DNA from: an uncultured bacterium
Lineage (GTDB): Bacteria > Patescibacteriota > Minisyncoccia > Phycocordibacterales > GWA1-40-21
NCBI GenBank assembly: GCA_903831595.1
Contig: CAIKXY010000002.1
Span: 28,339 to 92,338, forward strand
Length of the DNA: 64,000 nt
Direction: 5' to 3'
Shown here: positions 54,839 to 63,772 of the stretch, piece by piece
Layout: the number at the start of each line of letters is the position of its first letter
Position numbering within the stretch: the stretch's first letter is position 1
Made by a program: the position numbers and the translations under genes
The notes under the pieces: generated by a model
What the model saw: the letters and a program-made list of their open reading frames with translations, nothing else
Told to the model about the DNA's origin: nothing
The model's database searches: none

Positions 54839-55105
54839 ATGGTAAAAGCAGTCAAAAAAGAAAAACCAATTGGCGTAATAAGTCATTGGTATGGCAATAT
54901 AAACGTTGCAGTTATTAAACTTACTGGCGCATTAGCAGTTGGTGATAAAATAAAAGTTAAAAAAGGCGATGTAGAATTTGAAGAAGTTATTGAATCAATG
55001 CAATTAAATCACGAGGCAATAAAATCTGGTAAAAAAGGACAAGATATTGCAATCAAACTCGCTGGATTAACAAAAGAAGGCGCAGAAATTTATAAAGTAA
55101 AATAA
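54839..55105 (+). CDS. Hypothetical small protein (88 aa), beta-barrel-like
   Basis: ORF with an acceptable start. The Gly/Lys/Val pattern resembles translation-factor-type beta-barrel domains. The assignment is weak. Confidence 0.35.
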   Translation: MVKAVKKEKPIGVISHWYGNINVAVIKLTGALAVGDKIKVKKGDVEFEEVIESMQLNHEAIKSGKKGQDIAIKLAGLTKEGAEIYKVK

Positions 55106-55106
55106 A

Positions 55107-55646
55107 ATGTCTCAAACAAAAAGGGGTGATGATGGGAAGACAAATCTCTATGGTTGCGACCAAAGAATTTCAAAAAGCTCGGCTATTACCGAGGCACTTG
55201 GGTGTTTGGATGAGATAAATTCTTATCTTGGTGTTGTAAAGGCAAATCTAAAAAAAGAAATATTAGGGAAAGAGGAAATTTCTGGCATTATTCATGGTAT
55301 TCAAAATGATTTGTTTATTGTTCAAGCACAAGTGGCCGGTGCGGACAAAAAAATAAGTGAAAATAATGTTAAATATATTGAGGATATTATTTCAGAAATT
55401 GAGAAAAAATTACCCCCGATAAAATCTTTTCTTGTTTCTGGTGCAAATAATATTTCTGCATATTTTGATTTTGCGCGAACACTTGCAAGAAGAGCAGAAA
55501 GAAGAGTCGTTGCTGTGAGCGAGGAGGGAATAGCAAAAATCGACCCCAAAACCCTTGTTTTTTTAAACCGTCTATCGAGTCTTTTGTATGTGTTCGCAAG
55601 ATACTTTGCCTTAAAAAATGGAGATGAGGTAGCTCCAAAGTATTAA
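55107..55646 (+). CDS. ATP:cob(I)alamin adenosyltransferase, PduO-type (MMAB family)
   Basis: TKRGDDGKTNLYGCDQRISKSSAITEALGCLDEINSYLGV and IQNDLFIVQAQVA match the PduO-type N-terminal signature. Confidence 0.65.
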   Translation: MSQTKRGDDGKTNLYGCDQRISKSSAITEALGCLDEINSYLGVVKANLKKEILGKEEISGIIHGIQNDLFIVQAQVAGADKKISENNVKYIEDIISEIEKKLPPIKSFLVSGANNISAYFDFARTLARRAERRVVAVSEEGIAKIDPKTLVFLNRLSSLLYVFARYFALKNGDEVAPKY

Positions 55647-55680
55647 ACCTAGATTTAATCGTAAAAATCTGTTATAAATA

Positions 55681-55806
55681 GTTTGTTTGATGGTGGCTAC
55701 GGTGAGAGGTAGCAGTTATGCTTGTTATTAGACAGTTTGTTTGATGTTCATTTGTATTTGATGGTGACTACGGTAGGAGGTAGCAGTTATGCTTGTTATG
55801 AGACAG
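55681..55806 (+). repeat. Two tandem degenerate copies of the 5' part of tRNA-His with its upstream leader
   Basis: Copy 1, about 55681-55736: GTTTGTTTGATGGTGGCTACGGTGAGAGGTAGCAGTTATGCTTGTTATTAGACAG. Copy 2, about 55751-55806: TTTGATGGTGACTACGGTAGGAGGTAGCAGTTATGCTTGTTATGAGACAG. The genuine leader plus 5' half is TTTGATGGTGGCTATGGTGTAGCGGTAGCA. Confidence 0.45.
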
Positions 55807-55835
55807 CTGTTTTGAGGTTCGTTATGTTGTTTGAT

Positions 55836-55907
55836 GGTGGCTATGGTGTAGCGGTAGCACAGAAGCCTGTGGAGCTTTTAGTTCGGGTTCAACTCCCGAT
55901 AGCCACC
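55836..55907 (+). tRNA. tRNA-His (anticodon GTG) with an encoded G-1
   Basis: The extra 5' G pairs with discriminator C. Acceptor GTGGCTA/TAGCCAC. Anticodon stem GAAGC/GCTTT with loop CTGTGGA. T-arm TCGGG-TTCAACT-CCCGA. The D-stem is short (3 bp). Confidence 0.6.
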
Positions 55908-56144
55908 CAATTGACAGCAGTCAGAAAGTGTGACCTGATTGCGTCGTGTTCGCGAATTTTCGTTCTAGACTCGTACGGTTCAAATCGTGAAAGGGACCCA
56001 AGAGTCAGCGATTGGTTTTCAGACCGGTACGCGTCAGTTTTATAGAATTTTGGTTCTAGACCAATACAGTTAAAAAACTATGAAAATAAAAAACTGGCGT
56101 AGGTTAGTGACGTCAGTTTTTCAATGTTATAACTTTGTTATATT

Positions 56145-56507
56145 TTATCTACCTAAACATTCAGGGAGATAAAGTAAGTTATCTCTTTTTGTTTCATCTG
56201 CAATCGTTTTGACATACCTTGTTCCCTCGTGTATCGCTACCATAAGTCGTGCTCGAGTTAGTCCTGATGAAACGTATGCTTCTCCTCCTTTGATTACGAA
56301 GTCATACATTTGCAATCTAGTACTCCAACCGACTTGTCCTGTGATATCATTTGTCCAACCAAGACCTCTAATTGCCTTATGTGGATTCTGATGATACCCA
56401 GCGTCTTTATTGATACATGTAATTTTAATAGCCATTTTTGTATTGTGTGTGTTTGTATCCCGATACTTGTTAATATTCAGCCTTTTAGTTATTATACTAA
56501 GGGTCAT
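56145..56507 (-). CDS. DUF3892-family protein
   Basis: MAIKITCINKDAGYHQNPHKAIRGLGW...YDFVIKGGEAYV...GTRYVKTIADETKRDNLLYLPEC matches the DUF3892 pattern that is common in mobile-element contexts. Confidence 0.5.
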   Translation of the reverse strand: MTLSIITKRLNINKYRDTNTHNTKMAIKITCINKDAGYHQNPHKAIRGLGWTNDITGQVGWSTRLQMYDFVIKGGEAYVSSGLTRARLMVAIHEGTRYVKTIADETKRDNLLYLPECLGR

Positions 56508-56665
56508 TCAATCGAGTTCTAACCAAATCCCAATCATAGACTCTCATCAGCGTAGTATCAGATTCTTGTCGATGAGACCTAACAAAAATAGGAAGTCGTT
56601 TCTTTCGCGAGCAACATCTTCCGCATTTTCGTGCTTACCACGGTTTTCACCATGTTATATCTATA

Positions 56666-56713
56666 TTATCAAATTGATAAACGCTTGTCAAATCATTTTG
56701 ATAAGTGTATAAT
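56666..56713 (+). promoter_or_regulatory. Operator palindrome TTATCAA-A-TTGATAA followed by the promoter TTGTCA, 17-nt spacer, TATAAT. It drives a leaderless XRE transcript.
   Basis: The 7-nt arms form a perfect inverted repeat at 56666-56680. The -10 box ends 6 nt before ATG 56720. Confidence 0.45.
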
Positions 56714-56719
56714 GCCAGT

Positions 56720-57061
56720 ATGAAAAATGAAGAAAATAAAGGGTCATCTATAGGTTCTCGAATTAGAAGTGCTCGTGAGGAAATGGGTTATTCACAACTT
56801 GATCTAGCTAAGAAGCTGGATTTTGAGTCTGCAACAGCAATCTCACTCATTGAGAGCGGGGAACGTAATATTACTATCAATAATCTAGAAAAAATTGCTG
56901 GCATCCTCCATCGAAGTGTTAATTATTTTCTAGGGAAGCCAGAAAAAGATAATGTTACAGTTGAATATGCTCTTCGTGCTGATAAACATCTTTCTCCAGA
57001 TGCAAAAAAGGCTATTCTCCAATTCATAGAATTAGCAAAAAATAACAAGAATGGAAAATGA
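56720..57061 (+). CDS. XRE-family helix-turn-helix transcriptional regulator
   Basis: IGSRIRSAREEMGYSQLDLAKKLDFESATAISLIESGERNITINNLEKIAGIL is an HTH_3 domain. Confidence 0.7.
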   Translation: MKNEENKGSSIGSRIRSAREEMGYSQLDLAKKLDFESATAISLIESGERNITINNLEKIAGILHRSVNYFLGKPEKDNVTVEYALRADKHLSPDAKKAILQFIELAKNNKNGK

Positions 57062-57551
57062 TCCTATTAATCTTGGCCCACGAAAAACGGCAGCAAAAAA
57101 TCTTGCTAAGAAGCTTATTAAAGACACAAAAATAAGCGAAGCTCCAGTTTCTCTTCAAACGATTATTGAACATTTACAGTCTACGTACACTATTTCTGTA
57201 CAGAGAGTTAATTTTCCAACAGAGGTATCCGGTTTGCTTGTTAAGTGTAAAGAAGTTGATGGGGAATATTACACGATTGGTTTTAACGAAAACCACCCAT
57301 GGTGTCGTCGTCGATTTACCATAGCTCATGAAATCGGGCATCTACTTTTCGGTCATGTTTGCAAAAAGGGGCAAAAAGATGAGACGGATGACGAAAAAGA
57401 AGCGGATGCTTTTGCCGGAGAATTATTAATTCCTACAATATTAATAAAAAAAGATTTTGGAAAAATTAAGAAAGTTCCAGAACTTTCAAAATTATATCGT
57501 GTTAGTGCAGAGGCTCTCACTATAAAATTAATGGATGCACGTTTATTGTAA
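57051..57551 (+). CDS. ImmA/IrrE-family zinc metallopeptidase (COG2856)
   Basis: HEIGHLLFGH zinc-binding motif. Overlaps the XRE stop by 11 nt, the canonical XRE-ImmA pairing. Confidence 0.7.
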   Translation: MENDPINLGPRKTAAKNLAKKLIKDTKISEAPVSLQTIIEHLQSTYTISVQRVNFPTEVSGLLVKCKEVDGEYYTIGFNENHPWCRRRFTIAHEIGHLLFGHVCKKGQKDETDDEKEADAFAGELLIPTILIKKDFGKIKKVPELSKLYRVSAEALTIKLMDARLL

Positions 57552-57553
57552 TT

Positions 57554-58894
57554 CTAGTTTTGTAGAATAATTTTTCTGTCATCTAACACGATTTTATTCT
57601 TTAATTGTTCGAGTAACTCCCGTTTCTCATAAATCGTTCCTTCTCTAAGTATATATTTAGCATATGCTCGTATATCAACTTCTTTTTCTTTTATTTTTTT
57701 ATCATCTTTTATTCCAAATACGTTTGAACGTAGTTTGTTATGTTTTTCGATCTCTCTATCAATGATATGTCTTGCACCAATCTGATTGATATCAAGTTTG
57801 TCGATAATTTCTTCAAGCTGAGTTATTAAATTATCTTCTCTGATATATGGATTTTTGCAAAACATATCATTATGCCTTGTACAACTGTAGTAAATGTATG
57901 AATGCACACTCCCATCGCTAATATTTTTATGTTTTTCCTGTGCTGTTATTCCTGATCCACATTTTCCGCAAGTCATTAGTTTAGTAAATGTAAACTCATG
58001 ATAAAGTTTTTTACTCTTACTTCGTTCTTCTGCCATATTTTCTTGTACACGCTGGAAAAGTTCTTTGGTTATAATCGGCTGATGTTTCCCCTCGTACCAG
58101 TTACCGCTTCCACGCGGATATTCGAATGTTCCAGTGTAGAAAGAGTTTTTTAATAGGTTGTATATTGTACTTAAGTTTAGATTTTTATTATTTTTCGTTT
58201 TGAATTTCATATCATCTCTCAGCCAATGATATAATTTTCGTCCACTCCATCTTTCATATGCAACTTTTTCAAATACTTGTTTTATGATTGGAGCTCTAAT
58301 CGGATCTACTATTACATAGCACTCTCTACCGATAATTTTCTCATTCGTATATCCTACCGAAGCCACTGATGGCCACAATCCCATCTCTGCCCGTGCTTTG
58401 AGTCCACGTTTTACATTTACGCTCTTGTTGTCATTCTCAAGCTTCGCCTGTGAGCCAAGAATCATCAACAAGAACTTTTCATTAGGGGAGTCAGTGAACT
58501 TTTGACTGTAGGTTCTTATCTCAACTAATTTCTTTTGATCAATAAGATCGACTATCATTCCAAGATCCCCACCATTTCTTGAAAGTCTGTCTGGTGCCCA
58601 CGTCAATATTCCATTAAACATTCCTTTTCGGATGTCCTCAAGAAGTTGTACGAAAACCGGTCTTGAACCACTAGCTTTCGCCGAATGACTCTCTTTACGA
58701 ATTTCAGTTATGTTTAAACCATCTCGTTGGGCAAGCTCTAGCATCTCCTTGATTTGAGAATCAATTGATAACGCTTGCAATTCATCCGCCTCACTGCTCT
58801 TACGTGCGTATAGGCAGTATTTGATTGTCACATCCGCCTTTTGTTCTCCACGAGCCACTTGTGCCCCTGAAAACCCTTGTTTCGCCTGTTGCAT
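57554..58894 (-). CDS. Large serine recombinase (resolvase/invertase N-terminal domain, recombinase domain and zinc-ribbon)
   Basis: N-terminal YARKSSEADELQALSIDSQ with the catalytic Ser, DRLSRN, a recombinase domain, and the Cys cluster CGKCGSGITAQ...YYSCTRHNDMFCKN. Confidence 0.8.
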   Translation of the reverse strand: MQQAKQGFSGAQVARGEQKADVTIKYCLYARKSSEADELQALSIDSQIKEMLELAQRDGLNITEIRKESHSAKASGSRPVFVQLLEDIRKGMFNGILTWAPDRLSRNGGDLGMIVDLIDQKKLVEIRTYSQKFTDSPNEKFLLMILGSQAKLENDNKSVNVKRGLKARAEMGLWPSVASVGYTNEKIIGRECYVIVDPIRAPIIKQVFEKVAYERWSGRKLYHWLRDDMKFKTKNNKNLNLSTIYNLLKNSFYTGTFEYPRGSGNWYEGKHQPIITKELFQRVQENMAEERSKSKKLYHEFTFTKLMTCGKCGSGITAQEKHKNISDGSVHSYIYYSCTRHNDMFCKNPYIREDNLITQLEEIIDKLDINQIGARHIIDREIEKHNKLRSNVFGIKDDKKIKEKEVDIRAYAKYILREGTIYEKRELLEQLKNKIVLDDRKIILQN

Positions 58895-59021
58895 ATTTAT
58901 TATTCTTTAATATCTTTTAAATTCGACTACATACATCAATGACGCAACCCTTTCGTGGAGTCCAGAGAGGGTAAGTTGGTAAGAAGTAGATAACTAGCGA
59001 GCTCTTTATTTTTCTTCAATT

Positions 59022-60227
59022 TTGTTGTACTTTTATGTAATAATATCAATTATGGATTTTCAACAATATTTTCAATCGAAAAATCTCACAAAAACCCCAA
59101 TGGAGGGTGTTCATTATGAGCAAAAAATTACACCAGATTTATTGTGGTGTGTTGCTTATGTCGTCTCAGATCTTATCAAGGATGATCCCGAAAAGATATT
59201 TACTGATAGTGATGTGAGAGAATCTCCAATTTTTAATTCATTAACACAGGATTATTTTTCGAAGGCACCCCAAGAAAATGCCGAAAATGAATATAATAAA
59301 TTCAGCTCATATCAACTCGGTGTTTTGTCTTTTGCTGGTATCTTTGAACAAATTTCAGGCCGCCCTAAAAAATATAGAGTAAACAATTTAGAAGCTTTAA
59401 AATATATTGCAATAAATGATTTTAATGCCGCAAGATTTTTAGGGGAATATACAGAAAAATTTATTCTTGATAATGGTCTTAATGGTATTTTTGAAATTTA
59501 TCATCAAAATCCAAATCAGGATAATTATCTGCGTGTAAAAGAAGCTTATTGGAATTGGGCAAAAATAAATACAGCAATAAAAGGTACTGATAGAAAACAC
59601 ACTTATCGTGTCTTCAATAAAATGTTTAATGTTTTTTGTTACAAGAATCATTTACCAGGGGAGGATGGTTCAAATATAATAAATGGTCCATGTCCATATT
59701 CCTTTTTACTATATAATCGAACAAATTTTAGAGATGTAGATATGCCCTCTGGTATGACAAGACAGCAATATCAGGAAGAAGTACTTTCAGAAGTCGAGCA
59801 AGGGGGTTTGGTTGAAACTCTATTACAAAAAGTTAAGGAGGCTGTAAAAATAAAAAGTGGTAATAGTAGTGAAATTAAAGATATTGACTGGGGATATGCT
59901 CCCAATGATGGTGGTATTCATGTTCATCACATACTTCCTCGTCATTCATATCCTCAATTCTCAATTGCAAAAGAAAATTTAATAGCTTTAACTCCCGGTC
60001 AGCACCTTTCGTATGCTCACGTAGAAGCAAATACTAGAACAATAAATCATGAGTTCCAAATTATTTGTTTAAAGAGAAAATTTGAAGCTGTAAGGGCATC
60101 TTTAGAAGCAGGAGATGGCTTCTATGACTTAAAACAATTTATAAGAATGTTCAATACTTGTTTTAACTGGACTATCAGTGAAAATTCTTCTGTCGATCAA
60201 GTTGGTTCAGCACTTGCAACTGTTTAG
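59022..60227 (+). CDS. HNH-motif nuclease, a putative Type II restriction endonuclease partner of the adjacent methyltransferase
   Basis: C-terminal GGIHVHHILPRHSYPQF...ENLIALTPGQHLSYAH is an HNH. It is convergent with and adjacent to the methyltransferase gene. Confidence 0.5.
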   Translation: MLYFYVIISIMDFQQYFQSKNLTKTPMEGVHYEQKITPDLLWCVAYVVSDLIKDDPEKIFTDSDVRESPIFNSLTQDYFSKAPQENAENEYNKFSSYQLGVLSFAGIFEQISGRPKKYRVNNLEALKYIAINDFNAARFLGEYTEKFILDNGLNGIFEIYHQNPNQDNYLRVKEAYWNWAKINTAIKGTDRKHTYRVFNKMFNVFCYKNHLPGEDGSNIINGPCPYSFLLYNRTNFRDVDMPSGMTRQQYQEEVLSEVEQGGLVETLLQKVKEAVKIKSGNSSEIKDIDWGYAPNDGGIHVHHILPRHSYPQFSIAKENLIALTPGQHLSYAHVEANTRTINHEFQIICLKRKFEAVRASLEAGDGFYDLKQFIRMFNTCFNWTISENSSVDQVGSALATV

Positions 60228-60229
60228 TC

Positions 60230-62749
60230 TTATCTTTTAACTCCAAAAAAGAATACAGAATTGTTATCAATATTGAGAGATCGAGTACCATGATTTCTTG
60301 CTACTCTATAAAACTCAGTAAATTCTTCCGTACCAAAGTAATCTAAATCATTTTTTGTTATTTTTGCTTCATTTTCTTTTAGGGTAAGGATAGCCACTGA
60401 TCCATCAACAAGTGTATTCTCTGGCAGAAATGAGGCTCGTGGGGCGTATGTTAGATTTGGCACTAAAACACTATTTTCTTTATTCCAAAATTTCGAAATA
60501 GATAAACCGTCCAGTGAATCAACGTAAGAATCATAATTGGGAATATTTAATATTTCGTTCCGTCCAATATTTCTTGATTTTAATATTCTTATCCTACCTT
60601 CATTTTTTGTTATTTTCTTGGTAATTTGACGATCCCTGTATGAAATAAAAATATTAAATCGAAGTTTTTTTGCTATAGAATCAAAAAAGGCATTTCTATA
60701 TACTAACCAATAAGGAAAATCTTTTGAACATATATAAGATTGATCTTTATACTCAATTATATTTTTAACATAAGACTCCACCAGTGTTCGTGTGCCTTTG
60801 TTTTGAGTATTAATAATTAAACTTATCGTCTCAATTTTTACACCCTTGAATCCCTTTTCTCCGTAATCTGTAATTTTTTCAATAGCAAAAGATGAAACAA
60901 GTTCTCTTGTCTTGTTAAATTCTGGCGCTGAAAGAAAACTTTTAGGAATAATAAGACCAACAGTATTTCCCAATTGGATTGTTTTTTCAAGGAAAAAAGA
61001 AAAAAGATTATTTGTTTCTGTATTATATTTATTTTTTTTATATAGATTTAATAATTCTTTATTTTCAGATATGTCTCCGAATGGAGGGTTACCGATAATA
61101 ATGTCATATCGTTTTGATTGATTGAATAAGTTTGTTTCTCCATATAGTAAAAAGTCAGCATTAATCAAGTTGATGATAATATTTTTAGGAATGTTTAGTT
61201 TTTTCAGTAAGAGTTTTAATATTTCAATCGCATTTTTATCAATATCAATCACATCGATATGAACTTCTTTAACTGTTTTATATTTTTCGATAAGAAGAGG
61301 AAGAAAATTTCCAGCCCCAACGGATGGTTCTAATATCGAAAGCTTTTCGAATTTAGATGTGTCGGGTAAATCTTTCACAATGGTAAAACAAATATCTTGT
61401 CTTGTGTAATATGCCGCGTGTTGAAGACGTTGGGCGTTTGCAAGCTCAACAATTTTTACTAGTTCAGGATAAGTCAAATCATTTATATTTTTTTTAATAA
61501 AATTTTTTAGATTTTCCTCAATATCAAGTCTCTTATCTACAATAAGTTTTTTTATTTGGGTTTCGTTTTTATTATTATTTTTTAGTTTTAAATTTATATT
61601 TTTAGCAATACCTTTAAATATAACTGTTGGTACAGCTTCACCAAGAGACTGTCTAATATTTATCTCTTCTTTTTTAAGAATTTTTCTTTTTTCTTCAACC
61701 GATAATTTATTTAATATATTGAGTGGTGTTGATACCCAATTAAAAGAATCTGGTACTGACATCATTCGCATCAATTCTCTTATACTGAAAACTCTATTAT
61801 CCTTTGGGTGAACTGTGGCTTGGCTTGCCAAAATATCATTTCTTGTGTGAACACATGGTGCAACCTTATCCCAATAACAACGTGAATATTTATCTGCATT
61901 CTTGTTTTCATTACAAACAATTTTTCCATTTATAATCTGATGTGGTCGTCTTTTTGGATCAATGTTATCGAAAGCTGACTGTCCCTCTTTGATGTTCTCA
62001 ATCCAAGGAAGCATATGTTCCCCATATGATCTAAAATTATGATAAATATCTTTCTTATCAATTTTTCCCATTATTTTAAGAGAAGTAAGATCGCCAATTG
62101 CATCACGTAATGTACCTCCATTTTTTAAATTAGGCATAAGGTCAAGAGGTGTAACTTCCTGTATGTCTTTTCTTACCCCAATAACTAGTGTTCGTGTTCT
62201 ACTTGATGGATTTCCATAATCTTTAAAATTTATTATTTGATAGTGGATATTATATTTTCCGCCAAGGTTCAATTCAATTGCTTCTCGAATTTTTTTCTGT
62301 TTTTTGTCGGTATCAGTGCAAAGACTAGAAAGAAATGCTCTAACATTCTCAAAAATAAATACTTTTGGTCTAATTTGATCTACAAGTTTAATTGATTCTA
62401 CGACAAGAGAATTTCTGGCAAGCTCGTCTCCTTTTTTGTGATTAGCAACAGACATACCCTGACAAGGTGGAGTTGCTAGTAAGACATCAATTTCTTTAAT
62501 TCCTTTTTTTGATTTCCATAAATCGATTTCTGAGAATATTTTTTCTTTTGCAGATTTTTTTGTAATATCATCCGCTATATAGCCACTTGGATATAAACAT
62601 TTATTATTATGTTTTTGGACATCTAAACGTCTATTAATCAATTCAATAGTTGCGACACAATCAAAATTTTCCTGAGAAAATCCGTAACATCCAACACCTG
62701 CACTACTGAATAAACTAATGTATGTTAATTTTTTCTCGTTGCTTTTCAT
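60230..62749 (-). CDS. Fused DNA methyltransferase. The N-terminal half is a C5-cytosine MTase and the C-terminal half an N6-adenine MTase.
   Basis: C5 motifs: I LFSSAGVG, IV PPCQGMSVAN, VI FIFENVRAF. N6A motifs: ILEPSVGAGNF (motif I) and IIGNPPFG (motif IV). 839 aa. Confidence 0.75.
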   Translation of the reverse strand: MKSNEKKLTYISLFSSAGVGCYGFSQENFDCVATIELINRRLDVQKHNNKCLYPSGYIADDITKKSAKEKIFSEIDLWKSKKGIKEIDVLLATPPCQGMSVANHKKGDELARNSLVVESIKLVDQIRPKVFIFENVRAFLSSLCTDTDKKQKKIREAIELNLGGKYNIHYQIINFKDYGNPSSRTRTLVIGVRKDIQEVTPLDLMPNLKNGGTLRDAIGDLTSLKIMGKIDKKDIYHNFRSYGEHMLPWIENIKEGQSAFDNIDPKRRPHQIINGKIVCNENKNADKYSRCYWDKVAPCVHTRNDILASQATVHPKDNRVFSIRELMRMMSVPDSFNWVSTPLNILNKLSVEEKRKILKKEEINIRQSLGEAVPTVIFKGIAKNINLKLKNNNKNETQIKKLIVDKRLDIEENLKNFIKKNINDLTYPELVKIVELANAQRLQHAAYYTRQDICFTIVKDLPDTSKFEKLSILEPSVGAGNFLPLLIEKYKTVKEVHIDVIDIDKNAIEILKLLLKKLNIPKNIIINLINADFLLYGETNLFNQSKRYDIIIGNPPFGDISENKELLNLYKKNKYNTETNNLFSFFLEKTIQLGNTVGLIIPKSFLSAPEFNKTRELVSSFAIEKITDYGEKGFKGVKIETISLIINTQNKGTRTLVESYVKNIIEYKDQSYICSKDFPYWLVYRNAFFDSIAKKLRFNIFISYRDRQITKKITKNEGRIRILKSRNIGRNEILNIPNYDSYVDSLDGLSISKFWNKENSVLVPNLTYAPRASFLPENTLVDGSVAILTLKENEAKITKNDLDYFGTEEFTEFYRVARNHGTRSLNIDNNSVFFFGVKR

Positions 62750-63124
62750 TTGTTACATTATAACTTTTATATTTTTTCTTGGGAAGGCCTAAAACAATAA
62801 TGACTGAATATAGTTAATTGGTCTAGTGGCATTGTTGGTAACTTTGCTTCGCAAACTCTCTAATCTAAGCTAGGGTATGGAGTAATACCTAATTTTTTGG
62901 TATTATGTTATTTACAATTAAATAAAAGACGACCTAACCCCTTTAGAAATAGAGGATATGGTTGCAAAACCCGCTAGAGAACAAAGGACTCCTCGTCAGA
63001 GTCACTCTAGCGGGTCATATTGGGAAACTGATATGGGTGAGGCTGAAAGGTTTCATCGCGATGGCGGGGAGCTCTTTGTTTATATAAAGACTCACCTCTA
63101 TCGATTAAAACCCGCTAGAGTTTT

Positions 63125-63769
63125 ATGAATGATCAAAACCAGTCTTTCGAGATTAAGACTAAAAAACAAGTCTCAAATATCAATCTATTATTAAGCTGGG
63201 CATTTGGAATATTTTTTATTTTGTGCGGAATAGGACTTATATTTACAAGCATTGTATCGGGAATTATTTTTATTGTTGGTGGCTTAATATTACTACCTAC
63301 AATAGCTGAAAAAATAGAAAAAACTTATAAAGTTTCTTTTTCTAGAAATATGAAAGTATCTATTGTATTTTTAGTGATTATATTATCTGCAGTGTTATCA
63401 TCAATAACTGATAAAAAAGATGACTCGCCTTCTCTATCTAAGGTCCAAGAAGTAAAAACAGAAACAATTAATAATCAAAATTCTATATCTAAAGAAAGTG
63501 CTCAAAAAGATTTAGATGAAATAATTTCATTAGGTAAAAAAGCAGGACTGATAGTTTCTTACGAGTTTTCAGATAAAGCTACTGTAGTATATATTGGAAG
63601 TACATGGTATACACAAACTGTAGCATTCAAAAAAGATTTTATGGCTAAAATCGCATCACTAAAAAAAGTCATAACTGGATATAATCATTTTGAAGCCAGA
63701 GACGCTTATTCAAATGAAAAAGTAGCTGAAGTGACAGCTTTCTCAAATTCTATAGAGGTATATAAATAA
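63125..63769 (+). CDS. Hypothetical membrane protein (214 aa)
   Basis: Two TM helices (WAFGIFFILCGIGLIFTSIVSGIIFIVGGLILL) and a third (VSIVFLVIILSAVLSSI), then a soluble C-terminal domain. Confidence 0.45.
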   Translation: MNDQNQSFEIKTKKQVSNINLLLSWAFGIFFILCGIGLIFTSIVSGIIFIVGGLILLPTIAEKIEKTYKVSFSRNMKVSIVFLVIILSAVLSSITDKKDDSPSLSKVQEVKTETINNQNSISKESAQKDLDEIISLGKKAGLIVSYEFSDKATVVYIGSTWYTQTVAFKKDFMAKIASLKKVITGYNHFEARDAYSNEKVAEVTAFSNSIEVYK

Positions 63770-63772
63770 TAT

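Larger units (their letters stand above)
55908..63124. mobile_element. Putative integrated mobile element adjacent to tRNA-His. It carries DUF3892, XRE/ImmA, a large serine recombinase, an HNH nuclease and a fused DNA methyltransferase.
   Basis: Gene content is typical of integrative elements. Coding GC is slightly higher than the surroundings. The left boundary sits at the tRNA 3' end. The right boundary is uncertain; ACCCGCTAGAG appears twice direct and once inverted at 62960-63120. Confidence 0.45.

Noticed and set aside
55722-56045. 107-aa plus-strand ORF
   Set aside because: It runs straight through the tRNA-His fragments and the tRNA-His gene itself.
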